Source of the DNA: Planctomycetaceae bacterium
GTDB taxonomy: Bacteria > Planctomycetota > Phycisphaerae > Phycisphaerales > UBA5793
Assembly (NCBI GenBank): GCA_040255465.1
Contig: JBDZVA010000001.1
Coordinates: 130,021-194,020 of the forward strand
Reading direction: 5' to 3'
DNA: 64,000 nucleotides
Below the pieces are notes generated by a model. The model did no database searches. It had not been told where the DNA came from and saw only the letters and a list, made by a program, of their open reading frames with translations. Position numbers and translations under genes: made by a program. Positions 28,652 to 38,206 of this stretch are shown one piece after another. Position 1 is the first letter of the stretch, and the number at the start of each line of letters is the position of its first letter.

Positions 28652-28878
28652 GACAATCCTCTTGCGGCCCAACGGTCCGCCAAAAAGAGTCCAGGATCCT
28701 GCGACGCCTGATCCGGCGCTGTGCGACGCCGGCGCGCGCAACCGCCTCCGTCGATCAGCAAAGCGGATACTTCAGAATACCCGGCCTTGCACCCCGTGCA
28801 AGGGGAAATCCGCCCAATCGGAGGTGAATTGTGCGGTTTTTTTGGTCGCATCGCTCCAGAACGGCGAAAACCGACGCA

Positions 28879-29547
28879 TCAGGCCGATGCCGCAGCAAGC
28901 GGGGCTGGCTGGTTCGATGCACGACGCGAACCACTCTCGCCCGAGTCGAAGCGCACCTCGACGTCGATATCGAAGAGTTGAAGCAGGCCGACGACCTGGC
29001 GAACGACCGCCTGGCGGGCCTCCTGTTCATAGCGGGAAGCGTGCGTCTCATAGAGGTGCTGGGCCTCATCCTGGGCCCGGACCATGAGTTCCTTCTGGGC
29101 CGGGGCGTCCATCCGGAAGACGTCCAGCAGTCCGAGCAGTTTGCCGGACTGAATGTCATACGGCGTGACGTCGATCAATCGCAACGAGCCGTCAATGGGG
29201 GGGAGGCTGAGTCGGTAGTTTCGCCCGCCAAGATGTTCGACGTGCTGCTCGCGCAAGCGTGAAAGGTCGACGAAATACTGCTTTTCAAAGCAGAAGATCA
29301 TGGCCAGACGGGCCTGGCTGAGCAGCAGGGGAGGCAGCCACGACAGGCCGCGCGTCTGCGTGACGATCTCCTTTGACATCACCTCAAGGCCGATGAGCTT
29401 CCCCACAGAGCGGACACGCTCGGCAATCACGTGCGTCGTGACCGTCGGCGTGGCGCTGCGACCAAGTTTCCGCAGCAGGGTCCACGCCAGCAGAGCGCCC
29501 AGCGCGATCGACAGGAGACTGATGACGATGGTGGTGAACATGTTCAT
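28879..29547 (-). CDS. membrane-anchored hypothetical protein (DUF4230-like)
   Basis: Single N-terminal TM. Size and layout are reminiscent of DUF4230. This is a weak call. Confidence 0.5.
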   Translation of the reverse strand: MNMFTTIVISLLSIALGALLAWTLLRKLGRSATPTVTTHVIAERVRSVGKLIGLEVMSKEIVTQTRGLSWLPPLLLSQARLAMIFCFEKQYFVDLSRLREQHVEHLGGRNYRLSLPPIDGSLRLIDVTPYDIQSGKLLGLLDVFRMDAPAQKELMVRAQDEAQHLYETHASRYEQEARQAVVRQVVGLLQLFDIDVEVRFDSGESGSRRASNQPAPLAAASA

Positions 29548-29668
29548 GGGATCTTAGTGCCGACCCAAGGCTTGTTTGGGAAGGAACTTGTCGAATTTCG
29601 GTCCTGAACTGGCGAGGCCCACACTCCTTGTGCATGGGCCTCGCCTGGTGATGGTCACAGGATCGGCC

Positions 29669-30070
29669 TCAAAGGTGGGTTTTGATCTTCTCAAGGATGG
29701 TTCGAGAAAGCTCCTCATTGCCGAAAACATCCACTCGGATGCGCACGCGCGTCGTTTCGTCCGTTTCCCGATTGAGCCGAATGTGGCTTTTCTTCTCCTG
29801 CGCGGTTTGTGAAACATGGTCCGCGCTGATCGAATCCTTCTTGGTTTCGATGACCGTGAATTGGAGGTCCTTGATCGCAGCTTCCGTCGCCAGCCACGCA
29901 TCGTCCATGCTGGCTTCGAGTACCGTCTCAATCTCGCCATTGACATAGGCGATCGTGCCGGCGCCGGCCGCAGCCCCGACAACCAGTGCCGCGCATCCCT
30001 GCAGAAGCGCGGCGCCTCCGAGGATCAGAACAAATGCGCAGAGACATGTGATAGTGCGGAACGCTTGCAT
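29669..30070 (-). CDS. DUF3568-like lipoprotein
   Basis: Lipobox LLQGC followed by a Gly/Ala stretch. C-terminal TRVRIRVDVFGNEELSRTILEKI is typical of that family. Confidence 0.6.
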   Translation of the reverse strand: MQAFRTITCLCAFVLILGGAALLQGCAALVVGAAAGAGTIAYVNGEIETVLEASMDDAWLATEAAIKDLQFTVIETKKDSISADHVSQTAQEKKSHIRLNRETDETTRVRIRVDVFGNEELSRTILEKIKTHL

Positions 30071-30213
30071 TCGCTCGTCCTTTCACGTTGGACTCGATGT
30101 CATTGAACAGCGCGCCGGGTGCGGTTGGCGGCCCTTGTGGATGGTACGCGCGCGATCGAGGCCCGCGCTTGGCGAAAGGGCGGCCCGATGGTTGTAGTTT
30201 GTAAGGAGGACCG

Positions 30214-30831
30214 TCAGTCGTAGCGGCGGATCACGCCGATCACCACTCCCTGGATCTGGCAATCGCTGACGATGATCGGCTCGAAGTCAGGATTCGACGG
30301 TTGCAGCCGGATCCGGCCGTGTTCCTTGTAGAACCGCTTGAGCGTGGTCTCGCCGTTGGGGAGCATGGCGACGACGCGCTCTCCGTTGCGAGCCGTTTCG
30401 CGCCGATGGATGAGGACATAGTCGCCGTCCCAGATGCCTTCATCCTGCATCGACTCGCCTTCCACCTGCAGCGCAAAGACCGCGCCGGACTGCCCGCGGC
30501 GCGGGCCGAAGAAATCCTCAAGATCGAGTTCGTCACGATTCTCGACCTTCTCGATCGGGTAACCGGCGGCGATGCGGCCGACGAGCGGGAAGCGCATCGG
30601 GCGGCCCTCATCAGGAACAATCGAATCGTTACGGATGGCCAAAGAGCGAGCCTTGTTCGCATCGCGCTCGAGTGCTCCCTTGCGGATGAGCGCCTCCACG
30701 TGCTCGAACACGGTGACTTTGCTGACGCCGATTTCGTCGGCCATTTCCTGCAGCGTCGGGGAATAGCCAAACCGGGTTCGCCAGTCGCGAATGATCTGAA
30801 GAATGCGGAGCTGTTTTGGGGTGAGGTTCAT
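30214..30831 (-). CDS. lexA: LexA repressor
   Basis: Start MNLTPKQLRILQIIRDW (cat 30829-30831) inside ORF 30214..31110. wHTH SPTLQEMADEIGVSKVTVFEHV. S24 peptidase motifs GESMQDEGI..GDYVLI and TLKRF. Confidence 0.9.
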   Translation of the reverse strand: MNLTPKQLRILQIIRDWRTRFGYSPTLQEMADEIGVSKVTVFEHVEALIRKGALERDANKARSLAIRNDSIVPDEGRPMRFPLVGRIAAGYPIEKVENRDELDLEDFFGPRRGQSGAVFALQVEGESMQDEGIWDGDYVLIHRRETARNGERVVAMLPNGETTLKRFYKEHGRIRLQPSNPDFEPIIVSDCQIQGVVIGVIRRYD

Positions 30832-31710
30832 TTCGAGTCCTTTCCGGTGCGCTGTGGGGGCGAGCACGCGCCGCATCGACGCCGAAAGTCGGCGGGGCGA
30901 CGGCTGATGTGTCGGAGTCGACCGCGCGAGTCGACAGTTGCGCAAGATGCCTCGTGAGGCGCTGACGCGAAGACACGATCCATCCAACAACACTGTTTGA
31001 AGGCGCCCAGTTGGGGCCCGTCTTGACGAGGCCATGGTCCCCGGGGTGGTACTCGCAGGTGAAGTCGCCGCCGGGACCGAGGATGAGCAGGGGTGTCGCC
31101 ATAGGTGCATCGCCTCTCAGTGGTCCGCTCCGGAGCGAAAGCCGAGGCAGGCCACACGCTCCGCGACTCGCTCACTCCAGCGCGGGTGAACAAGAGCCGT
31201 GGTGCGTGGCGCTGGCGATGATCGTGACGCATGCTCCCGCTCCTGCCGATCGGTCCGATCAGCGGGCTGGCCCGGGCGAGTCGCCTGGTGTGGACGACGA
31301 CTCCGGGACAGCATTGGCGTGTTGTGCGGGTTTTGGCCGACCATGGCCGCTCCGGCTCGAATCCGTTCGAGACCTGTGTTCCAACGCTTCGCCATGGTGG
31401 CCAAAGCGTCCGACGTCTCCACGCCGATGACCCGCGGACTCCGCCGCTCGCCGTGAATATACCCTATCAAAGTCCGCACTTCAAGACAAAAAGCCGAACT
31501 TTACCCAAAATTGTCACAAAAAGACGACCGCCGAAGCTCGCAATCAGGAGTTTTCCACAATCCACGCAGACGGGACTCGCCGGTGATGACCCGATCACGC
31601 GTTGCACTCCGAGTCGCTGCAAACTGCCTGTTTTACCTTAACCCGTTCAGTCCGGGAACCGATGCAATGCTGGAGTCTCTCTTTCAGGACGAAGACCTCG
31701 GAGCCCGGTC

Positions 31711-32745
31711 ATGGGAATGCTGAGTCGGATCAAAGCGGGAATTCGGAGAGCGGGGCGATCAAGCCGCGGCCCCGAAGTTCATGCTCCGGCACAATCGGCG
31801 GATGAACAGGCGGCCGCACGCCGGCCGTTTGAGCATTGCGAACGCCAGGCCCGGGCCATGCTCGCAGCCGGCGATATCGCCGGCGCCATGGACTTCGCCG
31901 AGCGGGAGATCGCGCCCACCTCTGCTTCACGACTGCTGCTCAACGTGTGTCGGAGCCTGGCCGGCCGGCGCGTCGAAGCCCAACTGGATCTCCTCGACTG
32001 GTCCAAGCGAGCCTGCAGCCCCATGGATGCGCGGCTCATGCTGGCGCTGCTTCAACTTGAAGAACAGGATCGCGCCCGCGCTATCGCATCGCTCAACCGC
32101 AATCTCGCCCAGATCGATGATCCGAAGACGATCCAGGCCATCATTCTGATCCAACTCGAGCGCGGCGACATTGCCGAGGCCCAGCGATGGGCCGAACGGT
32201 TGTGCAGCCTCGCGATCAACTGGACGGACCGGCCCGTCATCTCCGCCTGGCTGGGATCGCTCGGGCTCGAGACTGGCGACGCATCGGCCGAGCCACCCGA
32301 TGCGCTCGTCGAACAACTCGCGCTTGAACTGCTGGCCTGCGAATCGACGATCGTCTCCCTCGAAGCGGCCGCCCGCTACGACCACTCGCGACCCCGCGCA
32401 CTCCTGCTTCTGCGTGCACTCGAATCGGCTTTTGATCGACTCGAATCACCGGTGCCCGCCTGTGAGGCGATGGCGCGCCTCGCACTGACGCTCGACGACA
32501 CCGCGGCCGCGCGCCGCTGGATCGACACGGGATTGAAACTCAACCCGCTTTGCGCTCCGCTGGCCATCCTGCTGGCCGAGTTGCCCGCGGCCGAAGAGGC
32601 GACGCGACGCCGCCGCGATCTCAAAGCTGTGGTGCACGTCCTGCCGCGTCGAAGCGAACAGATCGAAGCGCTCGATGTCGTCATTCGCGCCCATCCCGAG
32701 TGGAACGATGTGCGGAACGCCAAACGGCGACTGGAGGCGGCATGA
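31711..32745 (+). CDS. helical-repeat (TPR-like) protein
   Basis: All-alpha, Ala/Leu/Arg-rich ORF. Its stop overlaps the next start (ATGA). Confidence 0.55.
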   Translation: MGMLSRIKAGIRRAGRSSRGPEVHAPAQSADEQAAARRPFEHCERQARAMLAAGDIAGAMDFAEREIAPTSASRLLLNVCRSLAGRRVEAQLDLLDWSKRACSPMDARLMLALLQLEEQDRARAIASLNRNLAQIDDPKTIQAIILIQLERGDIAEAQRWAERLCSLAINWTDRPVISAWLGSLGLETGDASAEPPDALVEQLALELLACESTIVSLEAAARYDHSRPRALLLLRALESAFDRLESPVPACEAMARLALTLDDTAAARRWIDTGLKLNPLCAPLAILLAELPAAEEATRRRRDLKAVVHVLPRRSEQIEALDVVIRAHPEWNDVRNAKRRLEAA

Positions 32746-34133
32746 GCACCCTTGAATGTCCAGCACGTCTTGCCGTCGCTCGGCTGCTTCGCGAGGCCCG
32801 GCTCAACTGGCGGTTGAGTCGACTCGATGAGACGCTCAAAACTCTCGAGCCGATCATTCGACTCGTTGAAGAAGGATGTGATCTGATCGCAGATCCCGGT
32901 GCGCCGAACGGCGTCGAGCGGGCCCGCGTGACGCGAGGCTGGGCCCGCGGCGCGATCCGTCTGGCCGCCGCCAGTGCGTACCTGATTGGGAGCAATAACC
33001 GACTCGAGGAAGTGATGAATCTCGCCCAGCGCGAGTGGGGCGACGACGCAACGCTGTTGCAGATCGCCGCCCGTGCCGCGATGGATGATGGTCAAATGGA
33101 TGCTTCGGTGGAATTGGCGCGACGGGCGTGTGCTCTGGCGCCGCGCCGGCCGCGCCTGCTTGAACTGCTCGGGCGCATCGAAGCCCGGGCTGGAAACATC
33201 GACCAGGCGCTCGCAGCCGTGCGCGTGGCCGCTCGACTCCGGCCGCGACGCGCCAGTCTGCGCATCGAACTGGCGGAACTGGCGCTGGCTGCGGGCCAGC
33301 ATGACCTTGGCCTCTCGGCGCTGGGTGCGCTCATCGATCCGCCGTGCCTCCTGCACGCCCGGCTGCTGGCCGGCGCCGGGCGGTGGCGCGAAGCCGTGGA
33401 GATGTACAACCGCGTCATCGAAGCGGGCCATGCCACCCCCACGTTTCAATCCATCTCACCAAATCACACCACCACAAAGGGTTTGCAAAGCCCGAATCGC
33501 GGCATCGTGGCCGATGAGGATCTGATCAACGCGTCGATCGAACGTCTTGACGTCCTCGAACGGCTCGGCGATCGCGCGGCGATCCAGGCGCTGGCGGATG
33601 CCGAGATTGATGATCCATTTCGCTGTCGCGCCGTCATGGTCCGCCTCGCCGAAGCGACGTTGAACATGGGCGATCCGCTGCGGTGCGCGCGCCTGGCGAG
33701 ACGTTGCCGACATGGTGGTGAATCCGCCTTTGCGTTGGCGCTGCTATCGGTTGCGGCAACGCTTCTTGGCCGACCGATGCTGGCGGAGCGATGTAGGGCG
33801 CGGCTGGGGTTGCGCGATCAGTCTCTGCTGGCGCGGGCCTGGCGAAGAGGAATGATGGCCGAGGTGATCGCAGCGCAGAGTTCGTGCGAACGCGCCGGCG
33901 CCGACCCGACGCAGAGCGTCCTCGAGCCGCTGTTGGAGCACGCAACAGATGTGCTGACGGAAGTCGCTCAGCAATCGCCTCACTTCGCGGATGTGCATTA
34001 CCATCGCGGCAATTGCCTGGCCGCATTGGGTCGCGAGCGCGAGGCCGTCGTGGCGCTGGATACAGCACTCTCGATCAATGCAACCTATGCCGACGCCCAG
34101 CGCCTCATGGATACGCTGAAGCGCGCGGCTTGA
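32742..34133 (+). CDS. TPR repeat protein
   Basis: Start MSTLECPARLAV at 32742 (ATGA overlap). TPR-like units, e.g. ADVHYHRGNCLAALGREREAVVALDTALSINATYADA. Confidence 0.65.
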   Translation: MSTLECPARLAVARLLREARLNWRLSRLDETLKTLEPIIRLVEEGCDLIADPGAPNGVERARVTRGWARGAIRLAAASAYLIGSNNRLEEVMNLAQREWGDDATLLQIAARAAMDDGQMDASVELARRACALAPRRPRLLELLGRIEARAGNIDQALAAVRVAARLRPRRASLRIELAELALAAGQHDLGLSALGALIDPPCLLHARLLAGAGRWREAVEMYNRVIEAGHATPTFQSISPNHTTTKGLQSPNRGIVADEDLINASIERLDVLERLGDRAAIQALADAEIDDPFRCRAVMVRLAEATLNMGDPLRCARLARRCRHGGESAFALALLSVAATLLGRPMLAERCRARLGLRDQSLLARAWRRGMMAEVIAAQSSCERAGADPTQSVLEPLLEHATDVLTEVAQQSPHFADVHYHRGNCLAALGREREAVVALDTALSINATYADAQRLMDTLKRAA

Positions 34134-34222
34134 TGTCATATCAACATCATCGAGCCTGATCTTCCGGGAGACACCGCAAGCGATGTCGCAGGATGGTTGC
34201 GCCTGGAATGATCGACGAACCG

Positions 34223-34828
34223 CTATGCGGCCTTGCTGACGCTGTCGGTGGTGACGACGTGGTAGCCGGGGAGGATGAGGCACAGATCGCTCTTGCTCCA
34301 CGTCTTGCCGCACTCCGGGCAGCGGACGCGCTGGGTGGCGTCGCTGGGGTCGAGTTGGCCGATGAGTTGATAGCCGCAGTGGCGACACCGAGTGGTGGGC
34401 TCAAGGACCGTCACTTCGAAGTTGAGCATGAGCGTCACGACGGCCCAGCACACTTCGATCCAGCCGATCGTCGTAAGGCTGCGCAGGCCGCCGTACCACG
34501 CCGCCCCGCCGATGACCGCCAGACCGAAAGCCAGTGACCACCAGAACGCGAAGTCGCTGAGGAGGCGCCGGATCCGCAACGAGTGCCGGTTGATCTCCAT
34601 CAGCTTGAGCTGCTCGTAGTGGCTCCCATATCGGCGGGCGGTGGCGCTGAGGTGCAGCCACAGGCTCGCGGTGTAGCCGGCGATCATGAAGGTCGCAACG
34701 CTCAGCTCGACGCTGTTCTGCCAGACGTACATCCCGCCGGCCGCGAGCGAACCCGACACGAGACCGATAAGTCCCGCTTTGGGCGAGGACCACGAGTCCG
34801 TTATGGGTGGGGTGTGATGCACTGCCAC
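34223..34828 (-). CDS. 4-TM membrane protein with C-terminal zinc-ribbon (CxxCxY..CPECG)
   Basis: CRHCGYQLIGQLDPSDATQRVRCPECGKTW after four TM helices. Lies 45 nt downstream of the histidine kinase. Confidence 0.7.
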   Translation of the reverse strand: MAVHHTPPITDSWSSPKAGLIGLVSGSLAAGGMYVWQNSVELSVATFMIAGYTASLWLHLSATARRYGSHYEQLKLMEINRHSLRIRRLLSDFAFWWSLAFGLAVIGGAAWYGGLRSLTTIGWIEVCWAVVTLMLNFEVTVLEPTTRCRHCGYQLIGQLDPSDATQRVRCPECGKTWSKSDLCLILPGYHVVTTDSVSKAA

Positions 34829-34873
34829 GGGTATCGGCCAATTGGGCCGTCGCCTGTGGCGCGGGGGGTGGAT

Positions 34874-35776
34874 TCACCGCGCGGCGGATGGGTCTGCGGA
34901 GTCTGCCGACGGCAATCGGATGACAAAGTCGGTGCCGCGGCCCGGCTCGGTATGGACTTCGATCCCGCCCTGGTGTTCTTCGATCAGACGCTTGGTCGTT
35001 GCCAGACCCAGCCCCGTCCCCCCCTTCTTGGTCGAGAAGTAGGGCTGAAAGACGCTCTTGAGATGTTCGGCCGAAATGCCCGGCCCGGTGTCGGTGACAT
35101 GGATGCAGTGCATCACTCTCTCGTCCCCTGATCGATCGGCAGACGAGGCGGGCTCGACGCGGATCATCAGTTCGCGCGTGCGATTGGCGTTGGTGGGCAT
35201 GGCTTCAAGCGCCTGCACGGCATTGATCAGCAGATTGAGAAGCGCCTGTTTGAACAGGGCGGAATCAACACGAGCAATCGCAGGCTGCCGCGCCAGAGTC
35301 GTGCGCAGCTGCACGCCCGCCGCGAGCGCCTGAGGCAGAAAGAAGTCAACCAGCTCATCGACGAGCACATTGAGATCGTGAGGCTCAGGGTCGATGCGAA
35401 TCTGCCCGGCAAATTGAAGGAAGTCCGTCAGGATGCCCTTGAGACGGTCCGACTCGCGCCGCAGCGATTCGGTGCGGCGGATGATCCGCTGCTGCTCATC
35501 CTCGGGGATGTCGAGGTCCGCGACCTCCTCCGCGAGCAATTGGGCATTCAGACTGAGTGTCGAAAGGGGATTCTTGATCTCATGCGCCAAGCCGCCGGTC
35601 ATCGTGCCCAGCTCCGCGAGGCGCTCGGCATCGTCCATGCGGCGCTTGGCGATGCGGGCCCGGCGCTCCTGCTCGCGGCGCATGACCACAAGCAGTGGGA
35701 ACACGAGAATCCCGCAGACAAGCATGCCGCCGAAGAAGATGAGGATATTGGTCCACATGGATCGTGATCCCGCCAC
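34874..35776 (-). CDS. membrane-anchored sensor histidine kinase
   Basis: One N-terminal TM. H-box GGLAHEIKNPLSTL, N-box LLNLLINAVQA, DTGPGI, GTGLGLATTKRLIE. Confidence 0.88.
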   Translation of the reverse strand: MAGSRSMWTNILIFFGGMLVCGILVFPLLVVMRREQERRARIAKRRMDDAERLAELGTMTGGLAHEIKNPLSTLSLNAQLLAEEVADLDIPEDEQQRIIRRTESLRRESDRLKGILTDFLQFAGQIRIDPEPHDLNVLVDELVDFFLPQALAAGVQLRTTLARQPAIARVDSALFKQALLNLLINAVQALEAMPTNANRTRELMIRVEPASSADRSGDERVMHCIHVTDTGPGISAEHLKSVFQPYFSTKKGGTGLGLATTKRLIEEHQGGIEVHTEPGRGTDFVIRLPSADSADPSAAR

Positions 35777-35820
35777 GCGCGGGTGGACCTTAGTTTAGCG
35801 TCTTCGCTCGCGACGACGCC

Positions 35821-36858
35821 CTAGCGCGACGTCAGCCGCATGATCAGCAGTGGCAGGCGGCTCTTTTGCCGCGAGAGATCCTCGACCAGCGGCGCATCGC
35901 GGGCAATCTCATCGGGTGTGGGGTCGCGGTGCAGCAGCAGTTGATACAGTCGCCCAACGCGCTGCGCGGGCGCCAGGTCGCGCAGGATCCTGCGGAACTC
36001 ATCGCTGTCGAGAAGGTCGCGCGCGATGGCCAGCAGGGGCAGGCCGTCAAGTCGCTGCTTCGCATAGGCGGCCCGACCGGGCTCGTCGGGTTGCCGCTCG
36101 AGGTACGTCTCATAGAGGGCGCCGATCCGCCCTCGGGCGGTCGCTTCGTCATCGGCCAGTGGACGGTGCCCCAGCCACATCGCCACACTGATTGGCGTGA
36201 CGAGCGCAAGCAGCCACAACCCGGTGAGTCGCCAGGGTACGCGGAGGCGACTGCGCAGGCTCGCAAGCGCGCCTGATGCGATCCACGGCTCGAGTGTCAC
36301 TCCCGTTGTGAACGTCACGATCCATCCCACCATGGCCCCGGCCAGCAGGTCGCTGGGAAAGTGGGCATACGTGTGCAGCCGAGCCCAGCAAACGAACAAC
36401 GCCGCAGCAACCCAGAGCGCCACCGAACGCGACTTCTGATACGCAAAGACGAACGCGATGGTCCACACCAGAGCGGCATGCCCCGAAGGAAACGACTCGT
36501 GTACCGACGAGAACGGCGAGAAGAGCATCGACGCGTCGCCATGCACCGGCCGTACGCGGCCGACGATCCACTTGATCGTGTGCACAAGCACCATCTGCAT
36601 TGGCAGCGCCACGATGAGTTGGCGCATCGCGCGTCGATTGAACATCAACGCGGCGAGCAGCGCCAGATAGGGGAGGATGCGATTGGCCCACGCGCTGCCG
36701 AGGTGCTCCAGGTCGCTCAGCCACCATGGCCAGTTCACCGAGGCGTGCCAGCGCACGGCCGCGCCATCGGTCAGCAGCAACACCGCCAGCGCGACGGTTG
36801 CAAAGAGCGGAGCGGCGAACGTCAGACAGGTGGAAGTTGGAGCGCGGTCATCGGTCAT
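35821..36858 (-). CDS. PAP2 family phosphatase fused to a DUF4214-like C-terminal domain
   Basis: PAP2 motifs KWIVGRVRP, PSGH, ARLHTYAHFPSDLLAG. The tail IGALYETYLERQPDEPGRAAYAKQRLDG..DLLDSDEF resembles DUF4214. Confidence 0.8.
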   Translation of the reverse strand: MTDDRAPTSTCLTFAAPLFATVALAVLLLTDGAAVRWHASVNWPWWLSDLEHLGSAWANRILPYLALLAALMFNRRAMRQLIVALPMQMVLVHTIKWIVGRVRPVHGDASMLFSPFSSVHESFPSGHAALVWTIAFVFAYQKSRSVALWVAAALFVCWARLHTYAHFPSDLLAGAMVGWIVTFTTGVTLEPWIASGALASLRSRLRVPWRLTGLWLLALVTPISVAMWLGHRPLADDEATARGRIGALYETYLERQPDEPGRAAYAKQRLDGLPLLAIARDLLDSDEFRRILRDLAPAQRVGRLYQLLLHRDPTPDEIARDAPLVEDLSRQKSRLPLLIMRLTSR

Positions 36859-37036
36859 CCAGAGTCGCGCGACACTAGGCAGGCAGTGGGGCGGAGTCGC
36901 TTGCGATGAGTTGGATCAAATGCTGTGCGCAAGGGACCGATCGCGTTTGCACATCATTGCGCGCCGTCGAATGCCGCCCGGAACGGCTCGCTGTGTGGCG
37001 CCCCGGTCCACCGCTCCCGACCTACACTGATCCACT

Positions 37037-37333
37037 ATGCCCGACGACCAGACCATCCGTGGCTTTCAGAACCTCATCCGCGATCGCTACTACGCGACGG
37101 ACAGCGCCCGCGGCAGCGCGGCCACCTTTCTCTGGTTCAGCGAAGAGGTCGGCGAACTCGCGCACGCGCTGGGTGAAAAGCACCGCGGACGAGAAGACCG
37201 GCCGAACCTCGAAGAGGAGTTCGCCGATGTCTTTGCATGGCTGTGTACATTGGCAAACATCAATGATGTGGATCTGGTTGACGCGCTGAACAAGTACACC
37301 GTTGGCGAAGGGCCACAGGGAACCAAATCGTGA
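37037..37333 (+). CDS. MazG-like nucleotide pyrophosphohydrolase
   Basis: EEVGELAHAL and EEFADVFAWLCTLAN metal-binding helices. 98 aa. Confidence 0.75.
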   Translation: MPDDQTIRGFQNLIRDRYYATDSARGSAATFLWFSEEVGELAHALGEKHRGREDRPNLEEEFADVFAWLCTLANINDVDLVDALNKYTVGEGPQGTKS

Positions 37334-38151
37334 CAGCCAATCGTATTGATGCACTGTTTGCCGAGAACCGGCGCGCGGGGCGCGGCATGCTCATGCCCTT
37401 CCTCACCGCGGGCTTTCCCGATCTCGACACCTCCGCGCAACTCATCCCGGCCATGGAGCGGGCCGGCGCGAGCATCTGCGAAATCGGCCTGCCGTTTTCC
37501 GATCCCATCGCCGATGGACCGGTGATCGCGGCCAGCATGCACGACGCGCTCGAGAGAGGTCTGCGACTGGCGGAAGTTCTCGAAATGGTCCGCGCCGTGC
37601 GATCGAAGACGAAGATGGGCCTGGTCGCGATGGTGAGCTGGTCGATCGTGCAGAGACGCGGTCCGCAGGCGTTCATCAGCGAGTGCGCAGCTGCCGGGTT
37701 CGACGGCTTCATCTTCCCCGATCTGCCGCTGGAGGAATCAGCCCAGGCGCGGGCGATGGCGAAAGCCGCGGGTCTGACGTGCTCCCTGCTCATCGCCCCG
37801 ACTACGCCGGCCGAGAGAGCCACGGCGATTGCCAAAGCATGCACCGGATTCGTCTACCTGCTCGCTCGAACAGGCATTACCGGCGTCCGCTCCGATACGC
37901 CGGAGATCGAATCGCGCGTGGACGCGCTGCGGGCCGTAACCGACCTGCCAATCGCTTGCGGATTTGGCATTGGTGCTGCGGACGCGGTCCGCGCCGTGAC
38001 GCAACACGCTGACGCGGCCATCGTCGGAAGCGCCATTGTCAAGCGATTGGCGGAAGTGAGTCATGCACCGATCAACGCGCGTGTTGAGACGATCGAATCA
38101 TTCGTGCGCGAACTGGCCGGTGGATTGGCGCTACGCGCGCCCACAGCTTAG
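37330..38151 (+). CDS. trpA: tryptophan synthase alpha chain
   Basis: GTGA overlap with the upstream gene. LMPFLTAGFPD, EIGLPFSDPIADGPVI, and a C-terminal GFGI..GSAIV. Confidence 0.9.
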   Translation: MTANRIDALFAENRRAGRGMLMPFLTAGFPDLDTSAQLIPAMERAGASICEIGLPFSDPIADGPVIAASMHDALERGLRLAEVLEMVRAVRSKTKMGLVAMVSWSIVQRRGPQAFISECAAAGFDGFIFPDLPLEESAQARAMAKAAGLTCSLLIAPTTPAERATAIAKACTGFVYLLARTGITGVRSDTPEIESRVDALRAVTDLPIACGFGIGAADAVRAVTQHADAAIVGSAIVKRLAEVSHAPINARVETIESFVRELAGGLALRAPTA

Positions 38152-38206
38152 CGGCCACGCATGCGTCGCTGCCAGACTGGCGATGTACGAAACGCCCTGC
38201 GGCGAT

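Noticed and set aside
31117-31479. 120-aa ORF upstream of lexA, considered as a transposase/integrase remnant
   Set aside because: No DDE, HTH or tyrosine-recombinase motifs, no terminal inverted repeats and no target duplication are visible.
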